Source of the DNA: Candidatus Gagatemarchaeum stordalenia
GTDB taxonomy: Archaea; Thermoproteota; Nitrososphaeria; Nitrososphaerales; Gagatemarchaeaceae
NCBI GenBank assembly: GCA_003164815.1
Contig: PLUF01000050.1
Location: forward strand, 1-32,000
DNA length: 32,000 bases
Direction of reading: 5' to 3'
The notes beneath the pieces are model-generated. The model had not been told where the DNA came from. It made no database searches and saw nothing but the letters and a program-made list of their open reading frames with translations. Of the stretch, positions 23,723 through 30,719 are shown piece after piece. A program made the translations under genes and the position numbers. Positions within the stretch are counted from its first letter, which is position 1; each line of letters starts with the position of its first letter.

Positions 23723-24268
23723 CTAGGCCACTTCCTTCCACTGCTTGAGCGCCACCTCGTACGCCTTCTGGAGCGTGTAGGCGCACAGGGTGAACCCGGT
23801 CTGGGCCGGCGGCGCAACCTCGTCCAGGGTTTTGCCGATCATCATCACTGCCAGCAGGGGGATGTCGGGACAGCCTCCGCCCGAGACGTTCACGATCACG
23901 CCGGACTTCTTCTGATACGTCAGCTTCATGTTCCCGACCCTGACCATGACGTAGCCGCCATAGTCGACCTTCTTGAGGAGCTTGCTGATCTGGAGCTCCG
24001 GGAGGTTTCCGCTGAACTTGAAGATCACGTCCCAGACCTTGATCCCGTGCTCCAGCAGCTTCTTCTCGGCATCCACCGTCTCGCTGGTCGGCACGGAGAT
24101 CGAGAGGTCGCAGCCCGTCCTCACGTCCGGAGGCGGGGCACCGGAGCGGGTGTGGAACCCTGCGGTGATTAGAATGTCCTCCGCCCTCATCCCGTCCCTG
24201 AAGTGCTCGAAGAGGAAGACGGAGCGGCCGTCATCCTTGGAGGAACTGGGCACTGATGCCACGGTCAA
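23723..24268 (-). CDS. DUF3343 (putative Se/S-carrier-like) domain fused to an unknown C-terminal domain with a GGGCPD motif
   Basis: The N-terminal segment VFLFEHFRDGMRAEDILITAGFHTRSGAPPPDVRTGCDLSISV fits the DUF3343 pattern, a small alpha/beta unit ending in a conserved Cys-containing strand. The C-terminal ~110 aa (VNVSGGGCPDIPLLAVMMIG) is unassigned. The stop abuts the next gene's ATG (TAGATG). Confidence 0.55.
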   Translation of the reverse strand: MTVASVPSSSKDDGRSVFLFEHFRDGMRAEDILITAGFHTRSGAPPPDVRTGCDLSISVPTSETVDAEKKLLEHGIKVWDVIFKFSGNLPELQISKLLKKVDYGGYVMVRVGNMKLTYQKKSGVIVNVSGGGCPDIPLLAVMMIGKTLDEVAPPAQTGFTLCAYTLQKAYEVALKQWKEVA

Positions 24269-24384
24269 TCGTCCCTCTGTCCGGACGTTGTAACCGTCGG
24301 GGCTATCGTTCCCGTTCCAAGGCAGCCCTGCCCGAGCAACGCCAGGAAACCCTTATCCTCAGCATTTCAACCCTTCGCGATGCC

Positions 24385-24738
24385 TTGACCGAGTTCGGGA
24401 TCGTCCTTCGCGGCGGCCCCTACCAGACGCAGAGGTGGGAGACCGCCTACGGGATGGCCGACGCCGCCCTGAAGCGTTCCGACGGGGTCACCATCTTCCT
24501 TTACATGGATGGCGTGTACAACGCGCTCGCTCCCCAGGACTTCGAATCGATGAAGAAGTTGCCGAAGGACCACATCGAGGCCCTGCTCGACCGGGGCGCC
24601 CAGATATTCGCGTGCCTGACATGCACAGACAACAGGGGGCTCGAAGACGGCAGGGCATACCTGAAGCGCGTCCAAGTGACGGGGTCGACCGAGGCCGGAG
24701 AGATGGTCAGCAAGTGCGACCGGATCATAAACCTCTGA
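24385..24738 (+). CDS. DsrE/TusD-like sulfur-relay protein
   Basis: Starting at TTG 24385 gives 117 aa: MTEFGIVLRGGPYQTQRWETAYGMADAALKRSDGVTIFLYMDGVYNA...IFACLTCTDNRGL...SKCDRIINL. The tracked 24256 start adds an off-pattern leader that overlaps the divergent gene. Confidence 0.8.
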   Translation: MTEFGIVLRGGPYQTQRWETAYGMADAALKRSDGVTIFLYMDGVYNALAPQDFESMKKLPKDHIEALLDRGAQIFACLTCTDNRGLEDGRAYLKRVQVTGSTEAGEMVSKCDRIINL

Positions 24739-24748
24739 GGGTGGTGGC

Positions 24749-25009
24749 TTGACAGTCTATCTGGTCGATGAGCCCTTCGTCGATATCGCGATCGCCTATG
24801 CGGCCAAGGACAGCACCGCGCAGATCGTCCTCTTGCAGGACGCCGTGTACTCAGCGGCACATATGCGCGCGTCCGGGCCGGTGTACGTCGTGGCCGACGA
24901 CATCGCCCGCAGGGGGCTGAGCTCGAGGATGCCTCCCTCCGTGCACACGATCAGCTACGACGAGCTCGTGGCGATGATGGAGAGAGAAAGGGTAGTCAAC
25001 TTCCTATAG
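24749..25009 (+). CDS. DsrH/TusB-like sulfur-relay protein
   Basis: 86 aa with IVLLQDAVYSA...VYVVADDIARRGL...ISYDELVAMM. TTG start preceded by the SD-like GAGGGTGGTG. The protein contains no cysteine. Confidence 0.7.
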   Translation: MTVYLVDEPFVDIAIAYAAKDSTAQIVLLQDAVYSAAHMRASGPVYVVADDIARRGLSSRMPPSVHTISYDELVAMMERERVVNFL

Positions 25010-25018
25010 CTGATCAAC

Positions 25019-25372
25019 ATGCAAAAGAAAGTCTTCATCTCGATTCTCAGGCCGCCTGTGGGCACGTCATACTACACGGAGGGTCTCAGGTTGGCGCTCG
25101 GGGTCCTCGGGGGGACTTACGACCACGAGGTCACCATCGCCCACGTCGGGAAGGGAGTCCTTTGCGCGCTCAAGGGCGTCGACAGGTCCTACGCCCAGGG
25201 CTTTTTGGAGCTGTTCCAGAAGGACGGCGCTGGCAACGTCTTCTACGTCGAGAGGGAGTCGCTGGCGGAGGAAGGTGTATCCAAGTCCGAACTCGCTGAG
25301 GGCTTTGGCATCGCCTCCCGCGACGAACTGAGGGAGAAGATGCTCAGCTCGGATGCGGTCTTCAGCTTCTGA
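25019..25372 (+). CDS. DsrF/TusC-like sulfur-relay protein
   Basis: 117 aa with KKVFISILRPPVGTSYYTEGLRLALGV...VTIAHVGKGVLCALKG...FYVERESLAEEGV...SSDAVFSF, colinear with TusC/DsrF. Confidence 0.7.
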   Translation: MQKKVFISILRPPVGTSYYTEGLRLALGVLGGTYDHEVTIAHVGKGVLCALKGVDRSYAQGFLELFQKDGAGNVFYVERESLAEEGVSKSELAEGFGIASRDELREKMLSSDAVFSF

Positions 25373-25418
25373 ATTCGGCTCGAGGACGGCCAGCCCCTAC
25401 GCCTTTGACTCCAAGCGC

Positions 25419-26237
25419 CTAGCCGGACGAAAGGGCGAACGCCGTGACCCGCCTCACGAACTCCCTCGGGTTGGTGACGTGAGGCGAATGACCTGCCTCT
25501 GGGTCGAATTCGACCTTGGATTTGGGAATGGCCTTCGCGATCCTCTCGACGACCATCTTGGAGCCGCGCATCCCCCTCCCTCCGTACGTCAGCAGCGCTG
25601 GTCTGTCGAAACGAGCGAGCGCTTCGAGGTCGACGCTCGACCCTTCGCCGTCCCGGGTCTCATCCAGCCATGTATCGGCGTTCGCGACCATCCTCTCCCT
25701 CGCCTGGGGCGACATTCTGTCCCACGCCCCCGGTCTGGAAGTCAGGGTCTCGACGAAGAGCCTTGCGGCACCGATCCTGTCCCCGCTCTCGAGCACCCGG
25801 ACCACCTGATCCCTCCGCTTGTTCCCCTCGGCCACCGCTGTCTGGACCAGCGGGTCGTCCGTGAGAAGTTTGAACAGGGGAGGCTCATGGGCCGTCAGAC
25901 TGCGGAATACCTGCGGTTGAGCCGCGGCCAGCTTGAGTGCTATCGACCCCCCGGAGGAGTTCCCGACGATATGGGCCGGTGACATCTCCAACCGGGCGAG
26001 CAGCGCCGCGGCATCCCGGGCGTCCTCCTCCCCGCTGCCCTGGGTCCCGGGCTTCTCGCTCAGCCCGTGCCCCCTCCTGTCGTAGGTCACCACGCGGAAG
26101 CTCTCGGAGAGACCGGCGACCACAGGATTCCAGTTGGAGTGGTCCGTCCAGGAGCCGTGGATGAGCAGGAGAGGGTCTCCGCGGCCTCCCAGCTGTTCGT
26201 AGTACAGTTTGACACCGTTTGCTTCCGTAACCGGCAA
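25419..26237 (-). CDS. Alpha/beta-fold hydrolase
   Basis: LLLIHGSWTDHSNW (oxyanion region), nucleophile elbow VGNSSGGS, and C-terminal GHSPHVTNPREF (catalytic His region). Confidence 0.85.
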   Translation of the reverse strand: MPVTEANGVKLYYEQLGGRGDPLLLIHGSWTDHSNWNPVVAGLSESFRVVTYDRRGHGLSEKPGTQGSGEEDARDAAALLARLEMSPAHIVGNSSGGSIALKLAAAQPQVFRSLTAHEPPLFKLLTDDPLVQTAVAEGNKRRDQVVRVLESGDRIGAARLFVETLTSRPGAWDRMSPQARERMVANADTWLDETRDGEGSSVDLEALARFDRPALLTYGGRGMRGSKMVVERIAKAIPKSKVEFDPEAGHSPHVTNPREFVRRVTAFALSSG

Positions 26238-26326
26238 ATCGCAAGTGGTTAGCAGGCCGAACAGTTAGTCATTGCGGCCCCAGCGATTTCACTCCGGGAT
26301 CGCAGAGAGCGGAATCTTCCCTAGGG

Positions 26327-26866
26327 CTAATCGGACGATCCAGGCTGCAACCTGTTCTCAACCTGCAGCTGATCGTCGGCCGGCCTCAGGTCCTTCCGGA
26401 TCACCGGTTTCCCGTACTTGGTCGCCACGACCTCGGCCATGATGCTCAGCGCGATCTCCGGCATCGTCCTTGCGCCGATGTCCGCGCCGACGGGGCCCTT
26501 GATGGAGGAGACGAACTTCTCATCGACTCCCCTGGCGCGAAGCGCCCCGGTGTCGTCCCTTATCCTCTGCCTGTCGCCGAGGAGCCCGACATACCTGAGC
26601 TTGAACCCCGAGAGCGTCTGGAGGACGTCGGCGTCTCGCTCGCTGTGGGTGAGCACTATCGCCGAATCAGACTCTAGGAACTTGAATGAGGCGATGTCGT
26701 AATCCGGCGCGGCGAACAGCTGGTCTGGCTGCGCGCCAATCATCGGGCTGTGGTCCATCACTACCACCTCGAAGTCGAGAATCTTGGCAAGCCTGACCAG
26801 GGCATCCTCGAGATCCCTTGTAGCTCCTTCGCCGATCAGCACGACCCTCTCTTTCGTCTGGTTCAT
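26327..26866 (-). CDS. Stand-alone XdhC C-terminal (Rossmann-like) domain protein
   Basis: ERVVLIGEGATRD...VLTHSERDADVL...YVGLLGDRQR...GPVGADIGARTMPEIALSIMAEVVA is colinear with the C-domain of the XdhC at 21409-22293. There is no N-terminal XdhC_CoxI domain. Confidence 0.7.
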   Translation of the reverse strand: MNQTKERVVLIGEGATRDLEDALVRLAKILDFEVVVMDHSPMIGAQPDQLFAAPDYDIASFKFLESDSAIVLTHSERDADVLQTLSGFKLRYVGLLGDRQRIRDDTGALRARGVDEKFVSSIKGPVGADIGARTMPEIALSIMAEVVATKYGKPVIRKDLRPADDQLQVENRLQPGSSD

Positions 26867-26966
26867 GGCTCCTCCCGCGCGTCGACTTGGCTATCTATTC
26901 ATTCGCCCGGCCCGTTCATCGTCTGGGCTGTCCTGTGAAGCTACCGTTGCCGCGCGCATGTTCTCT

Positions 26967-28319
26967 TCAAAGGACCGGCGTGAGCATAGGATAGGGAAAG
27001 CCGCGCTCGTAGTCGTAGTACACGTGCACTATCGGACCAGGCGGGTTTATGCTATGGACCGTGAGGGAGTCATCGATGATCTCGAACTTAGCGTGGAAGT
27101 CGCAGAGGCCCTTGAGTTGGCTCGCCAGCCTCGAGGAATTGCCGCACGCGAGGGCCAGAAGATCCGCGTTCCTACGGACGAGCTGACACGTCCTTGAGAT
27201 GTAGTACAGCAGCTCCCTCTCTCCGAAGAGCGACTCCAGCGTGTCCAGCCCTAGCATCACTACAAGCGGACGCTTGGTCTTTCCCTTCAGGTCGGCCATC
27301 TTGGTCCACAGCTGGTTGAAGCAGTCCTCGATGGAGACCGACGACAGCGAGAAGAACCAGGGGTCGTCGTACTTCTCGAAGGCACCGACGGCCAGGTTCT
27401 TCGAGACGCTCTCGGCCGGGAGGATGAGCCTTGCGAGCTTGGCGATCTCCGTGTACTTCCCGCCTCCTCCCGGGACCTTCAGGGCGCACCCGCCGTTGAG
27501 GATGAAGTTGCAGAAGACGATGTTGTAGATGCCGTAGTGCACGGCCGAGTTGAGGTTCTCCCCGAACTCAAGGAGGTCGACGCTGCCCTTCTTCCAGCCG
27601 CCGGGGGAACCCACGTCAAAAGCCTTCATCCCCGATGAGTAGACATGCTCAGAATGGGGGATGGGGCGGAACTCAGCGCTCTTCTCAAAGGAGGCAGGGT
27701 GGGGCGGACCTGCTTCGAATTCCTTGAATCTCCCCCCTGCGAGGGTGAAGAGCGCCTTGGGGCGAAGGATCGGGCCCCCTCTGAGCTTCTCCGTCTCTAT
27801 CGTCCGCACCACCGCTCCGTCATGCAGCTCCTTCGTGAGCGTGACGATGGCGTCCACCAGGTAACTTATCGTCGTCTCCTCAGGCTCCTCGCTGAGGAAC
27901 ACGAGTTTCTTGTTACGGGACTCCGCCACCACCAGGAGCGTCTTCTCGATCTTCACCCTCTCGACGCTCGAGACCTCCTTCGCTATTCCGTCCCACGAGT
28001 CCAGGACGATCACCTCCTTCACAGGCTCTCGGCCCCCCTCCACTATCTGGCGGAGGACATCGCTCGGGGTGGCCAGCCTCATGTCTCCCATCTCGACCGA
28101 ACCGGAAGGACCCTGGGTGCTTCCACTGGAGATTATGAGCTCCTTAACGCCCGGTATCTGCCCCAGCAGCTTCTCCCTCGAGACCCGGGTCGAGATGTAG
28201 ACCCCGCCGCCTGCAGCCCGCAGCAGCTCAAGAGCGAAGGTCGTCTTCCCGCAACCGGGCTCGCCCTTTATCAGAATCGCCTGCACCGCGTCGGAGAGCA
28301 GCGAGGTGATGGTCGTCAA
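26967..28319 (-). CDS. KaiC/RecA-superfamily ATPase with two tandem domains; only the first has a Walker A
   Basis: Domain 1 has Walker A GEPGCGKT (nt 28242-28265), Walker B-like EVIVLDSWD and ETEKLRGGPI...FTLAGGRF. Domain 2 (from about residue 215) keeps the fold-like pattern (SSGMKAFDV..PGGWKKGSVDLLEFG) but lacks GxxxxGK[ST]. Confidence 0.75.
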   Translation of the reverse strand: MTTITSLLSDAVQAILIKGEPGCGKTTFALELLRAAGGGVYISTRVSREKLLGQIPGVKELIISSGSTQGPSGSVEMGDMRLATPSDVLRQIVEGGREPVKEVIVLDSWDGIAKEVSSVERVKIEKTLLVVAESRNKKLVFLSEEPEETTISYLVDAIVTLTKELHDGAVVRTIETEKLRGGPILRPKALFTLAGGRFKEFEAGPPHPASFEKSAEFRPIPHSEHVYSSGMKAFDVGSPGGWKKGSVDLLEFGENLNSAVHYGIYNIVFCNFILNGGCALKVPGGGGKYTEIAKLARLILPAESVSKNLAVGAFEKYDDPWFFSLSSVSIEDCFNQLWTKMADLKGKTKRPLVVMLGLDTLESLFGERELLYYISRTCQLVRRNADLLALACGNSSRLASQLKGLCDFHAKFEIIDDSLTVHSINPPGPIVHVYYDYERGFPYPMLTPVL

Positions 28320-28560
28320 TGTGAACCCTCGGCAGCATCCCTTATGCGTCCGTCTAGAATCATCCCTATCTGACCCGGCCGTCGCAACTCAGGTCATCCC
28401 CAACCGTCGATTTCCGATTTTTCTCTTCCTTATAAGGTCACGATAGCGCCCATTCTTGACCGCTTCTCCCGATTTGCACGTATTCCCGTCTTCCTCATCC
28501 GGCCTTCCGGGAGTGAACCACGTAAATATTCAAAAGAACTCGAAGTGGAGGGGACAACAT

Positions 28561-28773
28561 ATGGTCGCACAGCATTCGAAAGAAGAACTTGAGAGCAAGC
28601 TGAAGGAGTGGACGGACTACCAGCACAAGGTCCGTGAAAAAGGGGACGAGTTCCGGAAGGAGCTCAACACCATCACGTCGAAGGTCCTCTACACCAAGAA
28701 GGACGCCGACAGGGTGAAGGAGCTGGTCGAAGAGTTCGCCAAGGTCATGCACGAGATGCCGAAGCCTCTGTGA
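28561..28773 (+). CDS. Small charged coiled-coil protein (70 aa)
   Basis: ATG 28561 is preceded by the SD-like GGAGGGG and a TATA-like GTAAATATTC (about 28521-28532). The sequence is MVAQHSKEELESKLKEWTDYQHKVREKGDEFRKEL...VKELVEEFAKVMHEM. The tracked 28456 start adds a non-coding-looking leader. Confidence 0.55.
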   Translation: MVAQHSKEELESKLKEWTDYQHKVREKGDEFRKELNTITSKVLYTKKDADRVKELVEEFAKVMHEMPKPL

Positions 28774-28843
28774 GGCTGGAAGCGCACCCGGCCTGACACC
28801 GAACGGCTTACATGACGCTGCGTGAACGCGGTCCTCCTCTCGC

Positions 28844-29161
28844 ATGTCTGAAGTCAGCGAACTGACGCCCCACGAGGCCAACTACAACCTGATCGCGGCG
28901 GCCATCGCAACTGCCGCCGCTACGATGCTGACCCTGCTGACTACCCTCGGCACGGTCGACATCGTCTCCCGCAGCTCCCTCCTGAAGGGGCTCCTGGAGG
29001 CGGAGCTGCTCGTGATCAAGTTCTCGCTGATAGTCTCGGTGATCGCGCTCCTGCGGAGGAGGCAGGGAGAGAAGAGGAAGCTGGTCCTCGGGACTGCCTT
29101 CCTGCTGATCTTCGGGACCCTCCTGCTCTGGCTCAGCGCCACCACCATAATCTTCGGCTAG
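28844..29161 (+). CDS. Small membrane protein (3 predicted TM helices)
   Basis: Hydrophobic segments NLIAAAIATAAATMLTLLTTLG, LLVIKFSLIVSVIALL and LVLGTAFLLIFGTLLLWLSATTIIFG, with G/C-ending codon bias. Confidence 0.65.
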   Translation: MSEVSELTPHEANYNLIAAAIATAAATMLTLLTTLGTVDIVSRSSLLKGLLEAELLVIKFSLIVSVIALLRRRQGEKRKLVLGTAFLLIFGTLLLWLSATTIIFG

Positions 29162-29280
29162 ACACCACCGGATGACCGAAGGCTGCTCTCCGGCGCCTAC
29201 TATCTTCGCAGCTGACCTTATTCTGGGCGTCTGCGGGCGCATCCAGAGTGCGGATATGTCCCCCTCCGGGACCTCAAACC

Positions 29281-29290
29281 CTTAATATTC
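29281..29290 (+). promoter_or_regulatory. TATA-like box (leaderless geometry) for the 29311 gene
   Basis: CTTAATATTC is centred about 26 nt upstream of ATG 29311. Confidence 0.45.
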
Positions 29291-29310
29291 GCGCGGCACT
29301 GGAACGAGAC

Positions 29311-29601
29311 ATGCGTTTCATCGTCACGGAGAAGGTCCGAACCGGCGTCAGCGGCGACAACAAGGAGTTCATGAAGACCGCCGAGGGTTACCTCAAGTAC
29401 ATGGCGAAGCTCCAGAAGAAGGGGAAGGTGATCGGGGGTCCCTGCCTGGACGTCCTCTCGAACGGGTACATCCTCGAGACCAAGACGATCGAGGAGATGG
29501 GTGAGATCTTCTTCAACTCCCCGGCCAACTTCTTCCTGGATAGGGAGGTACATCCCATCGGCAGCTTCGCGGACACACTCGAAGGAATGAAAGAGCGGTG
29601 A
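29311..29601 (+). CDS. Small dimeric alpha/beta-barrel protein (muconolactone-isomerase-like / YciI-like fold), tentative
   Basis: 96 aa from ATG 29311: MRFIVTEKV...EGYLKYMAKLQKKGKVIGG...ETKTIEEMGEIFFNSPANFFLDREVHPI. Its length and beta-alpha-beta periodicity resemble muconolactone isomerase-like proteins. Confidence 0.45.
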   Translation: MRFIVTEKVRTGVSGDNKEFMKTAEGYLKYMAKLQKKGKVIGGPCLDVLSNGYILETKTIEEMGEIFFNSPANFFLDREVHPIGSFADTLEGMKER

Positions 29602-29637
29602 GGGCTCTACTCCTCTCTCGACTGAGGTCCAATTCTC

Positions 29638-29644
29638 TTAAATA
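29638..29644 (+). promoter_or_regulatory. TATA-like box positioned for a leaderless transcript starting at TTG 29667
   Basis: TTAAATA is centred about 26 nt upstream of TTG 29667. Confidence 0.4.
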
Positions 29645-29666
29645 CGGTCGAGCCTGATCGAGGCTG

Positions 29667-29801
29667 TTGTACCGAAGAGAGAGTGCGATCGCGCGTCCTG
29701 TCATCGCAACGGCAGTCATCGTAATCATCGTCATCGCCGCCTTCGGCGCATACGACGTCCTGTCATCCTCCAAATCGAGCCCGAGCACCTCGATGAGCTA
29801 G
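29667..29801 (+). CDS. N-terminal signal-anchor fragment (44 codons) ending at an in-frame TAG; probably the 5' part of the 29823-30620 gene
   Basis: The translation is LYRRESAIARPVIATAVIVIIVIAAFGAYDVLSSSKSSPSTSMS, then a stop. It is in the same frame as the downstream ORF, and the Ser/Thr-rich tract continues across the stop. Confidence 0.45.
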   Translation: MYRRESAIARPVIATAVIVIIVIAAFGAYDVLSSSKSSPSTSMS

Positions 29802-29978
29802 TCGTCCACGACATCCGCGACCGTGTCCATCTCTTCCCTGCCTTCTTCCTCATCGTCGCTGGTCACCTCGTCCTCATCCACGACCTCCTCGACCACCACC
29901 CAGCAGACCACCTCTAGCTCGACGTCGAGCTCCCCGGCTTCGACGATCTACTCGCCGCCCACGAGCACCACCACTTCT
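29763..29978 (+). repeat. Ser/Thr-rich low-complexity coding tract spanning the in-frame TAG
   Basis: SSSKSSPSTSMS, stop, then SSTTSATVSISSLPSSSSSLVTSSSSTTSSTTTQQTTSSSTSSSPASTIYSPPTSTTTS. Confidence 0.8.
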
Positions 29979-30620
29979 TGCCCGGGCGGCCACGCAGTCA
30001 ACCTAGTGCCGATACTCAGCGCGTTCTCAGCCATGACCGTCTCCTACAACGGGACGTCCGACGGTCAGGCCTTCTATGTGAGCGCAGACTATACCGTGGC
30101 CTACGCGAGCGCCACGACCCTGAAGGTCTCGGTCGCCTACGACACCCAGGCCAGCACATCCACTGTCTACGCCGAGCAGCTGACCGCCTGGGTCCTGAGG
30201 AACGGGACGATACTCGCGGTCTACACCCCCTCGGCCGGGAGCACCGGGGCCAACCTCACGGGCACCACGGGCCAGCAGTTCGTCCTGGGGGTCTTCGCCG
30301 GGTTCTTCGCCGAGGCCAACGACGGCCAGTCCCTCGTGGACTACACCTCGAGCTCCTCGGTCCACAGCACCGGCACCTCCAAGGTGACCCTCGGCCCGAC
30401 CACGATGACGGTGACCAACTACGTCTCCACCGGGATCGAGACCATATCGAACACCTGCACCAGCGACAGCCTGCAGTCGCTGTCACTCTCGGTCGGCAAG
30501 CCGGCCGGCAGCGGCTTCGACCTGATCACCCACCTCGTCGAGTCCGGGTCGTTCACCTCCGGAGGTACGACCACGACAGGCACGGTGGAGCTGCAGATAG
30601 AGTCCGTCACGGTCGCCTGA
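29823..30620 (+). CDS. Ser/Thr-rich extracellular protein (globular C-terminal domain of unknown family)
   Basis: A 52-aa Ser/Thr/Pro tract is followed by a ~210-aa domain with several N-x-S/T sequons (NGTS, NGTI, NLTG). The ORF as tracked has no signal peptide of its own. Confidence 0.65.
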   Translation: MSISSLPSSSSSLVTSSSSTTSSTTTQQTTSSSTSSSPASTIYSPPTSTTTSCPGGHAVNLVPILSAFSAMTVSYNGTSDGQAFYVSADYTVAYASATTLKVSVAYDTQASTSTVYAEQLTAWVLRNGTILAVYTPSAGSTGANLTGTTGQQFVLGVFAGFFAEANDGQSLVDYTSSSSVHSTGTSKVTLGPTTMTVTNYVSTGIETISNTCTSDSLQSLSLSVGKPAGSGFDLITHLVESGSFTSGGTTTTGTVELQIESVTVA

Positions 30621-30719
30621 AGCACCTGCCGCGCCGGTCTCCCCACCATCGCACACCCGCGACCAGTCCGCCCTTCAGGCTCCCGTGGGTCTGGGTCCAG
30701 CCCCGCGGAGTCCCGGCTA

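Noticed and set aside
24256-24384. A 43-codon N-terminal extension of the DsrE-like ORF.
   Set aside because: It overlaps the divergent DUF3343 gene start and has no DsrE-like sequence. TTG 24385 yields the canonical length and the N-terminus (MTEFGIVLRGGPY).
29799-29801. The in-frame TAG read as pyrrolysine or another recoding event.
   Set aside because: TAG is used as an ordinary stop by several confident genes in this window (aIF-1A, queC, USP, the DUF3343 fusion and others). No Pyl-associated genes or methylamine methyltransferases are present. A nonsense mutation or sequencing error is more parsimonious.
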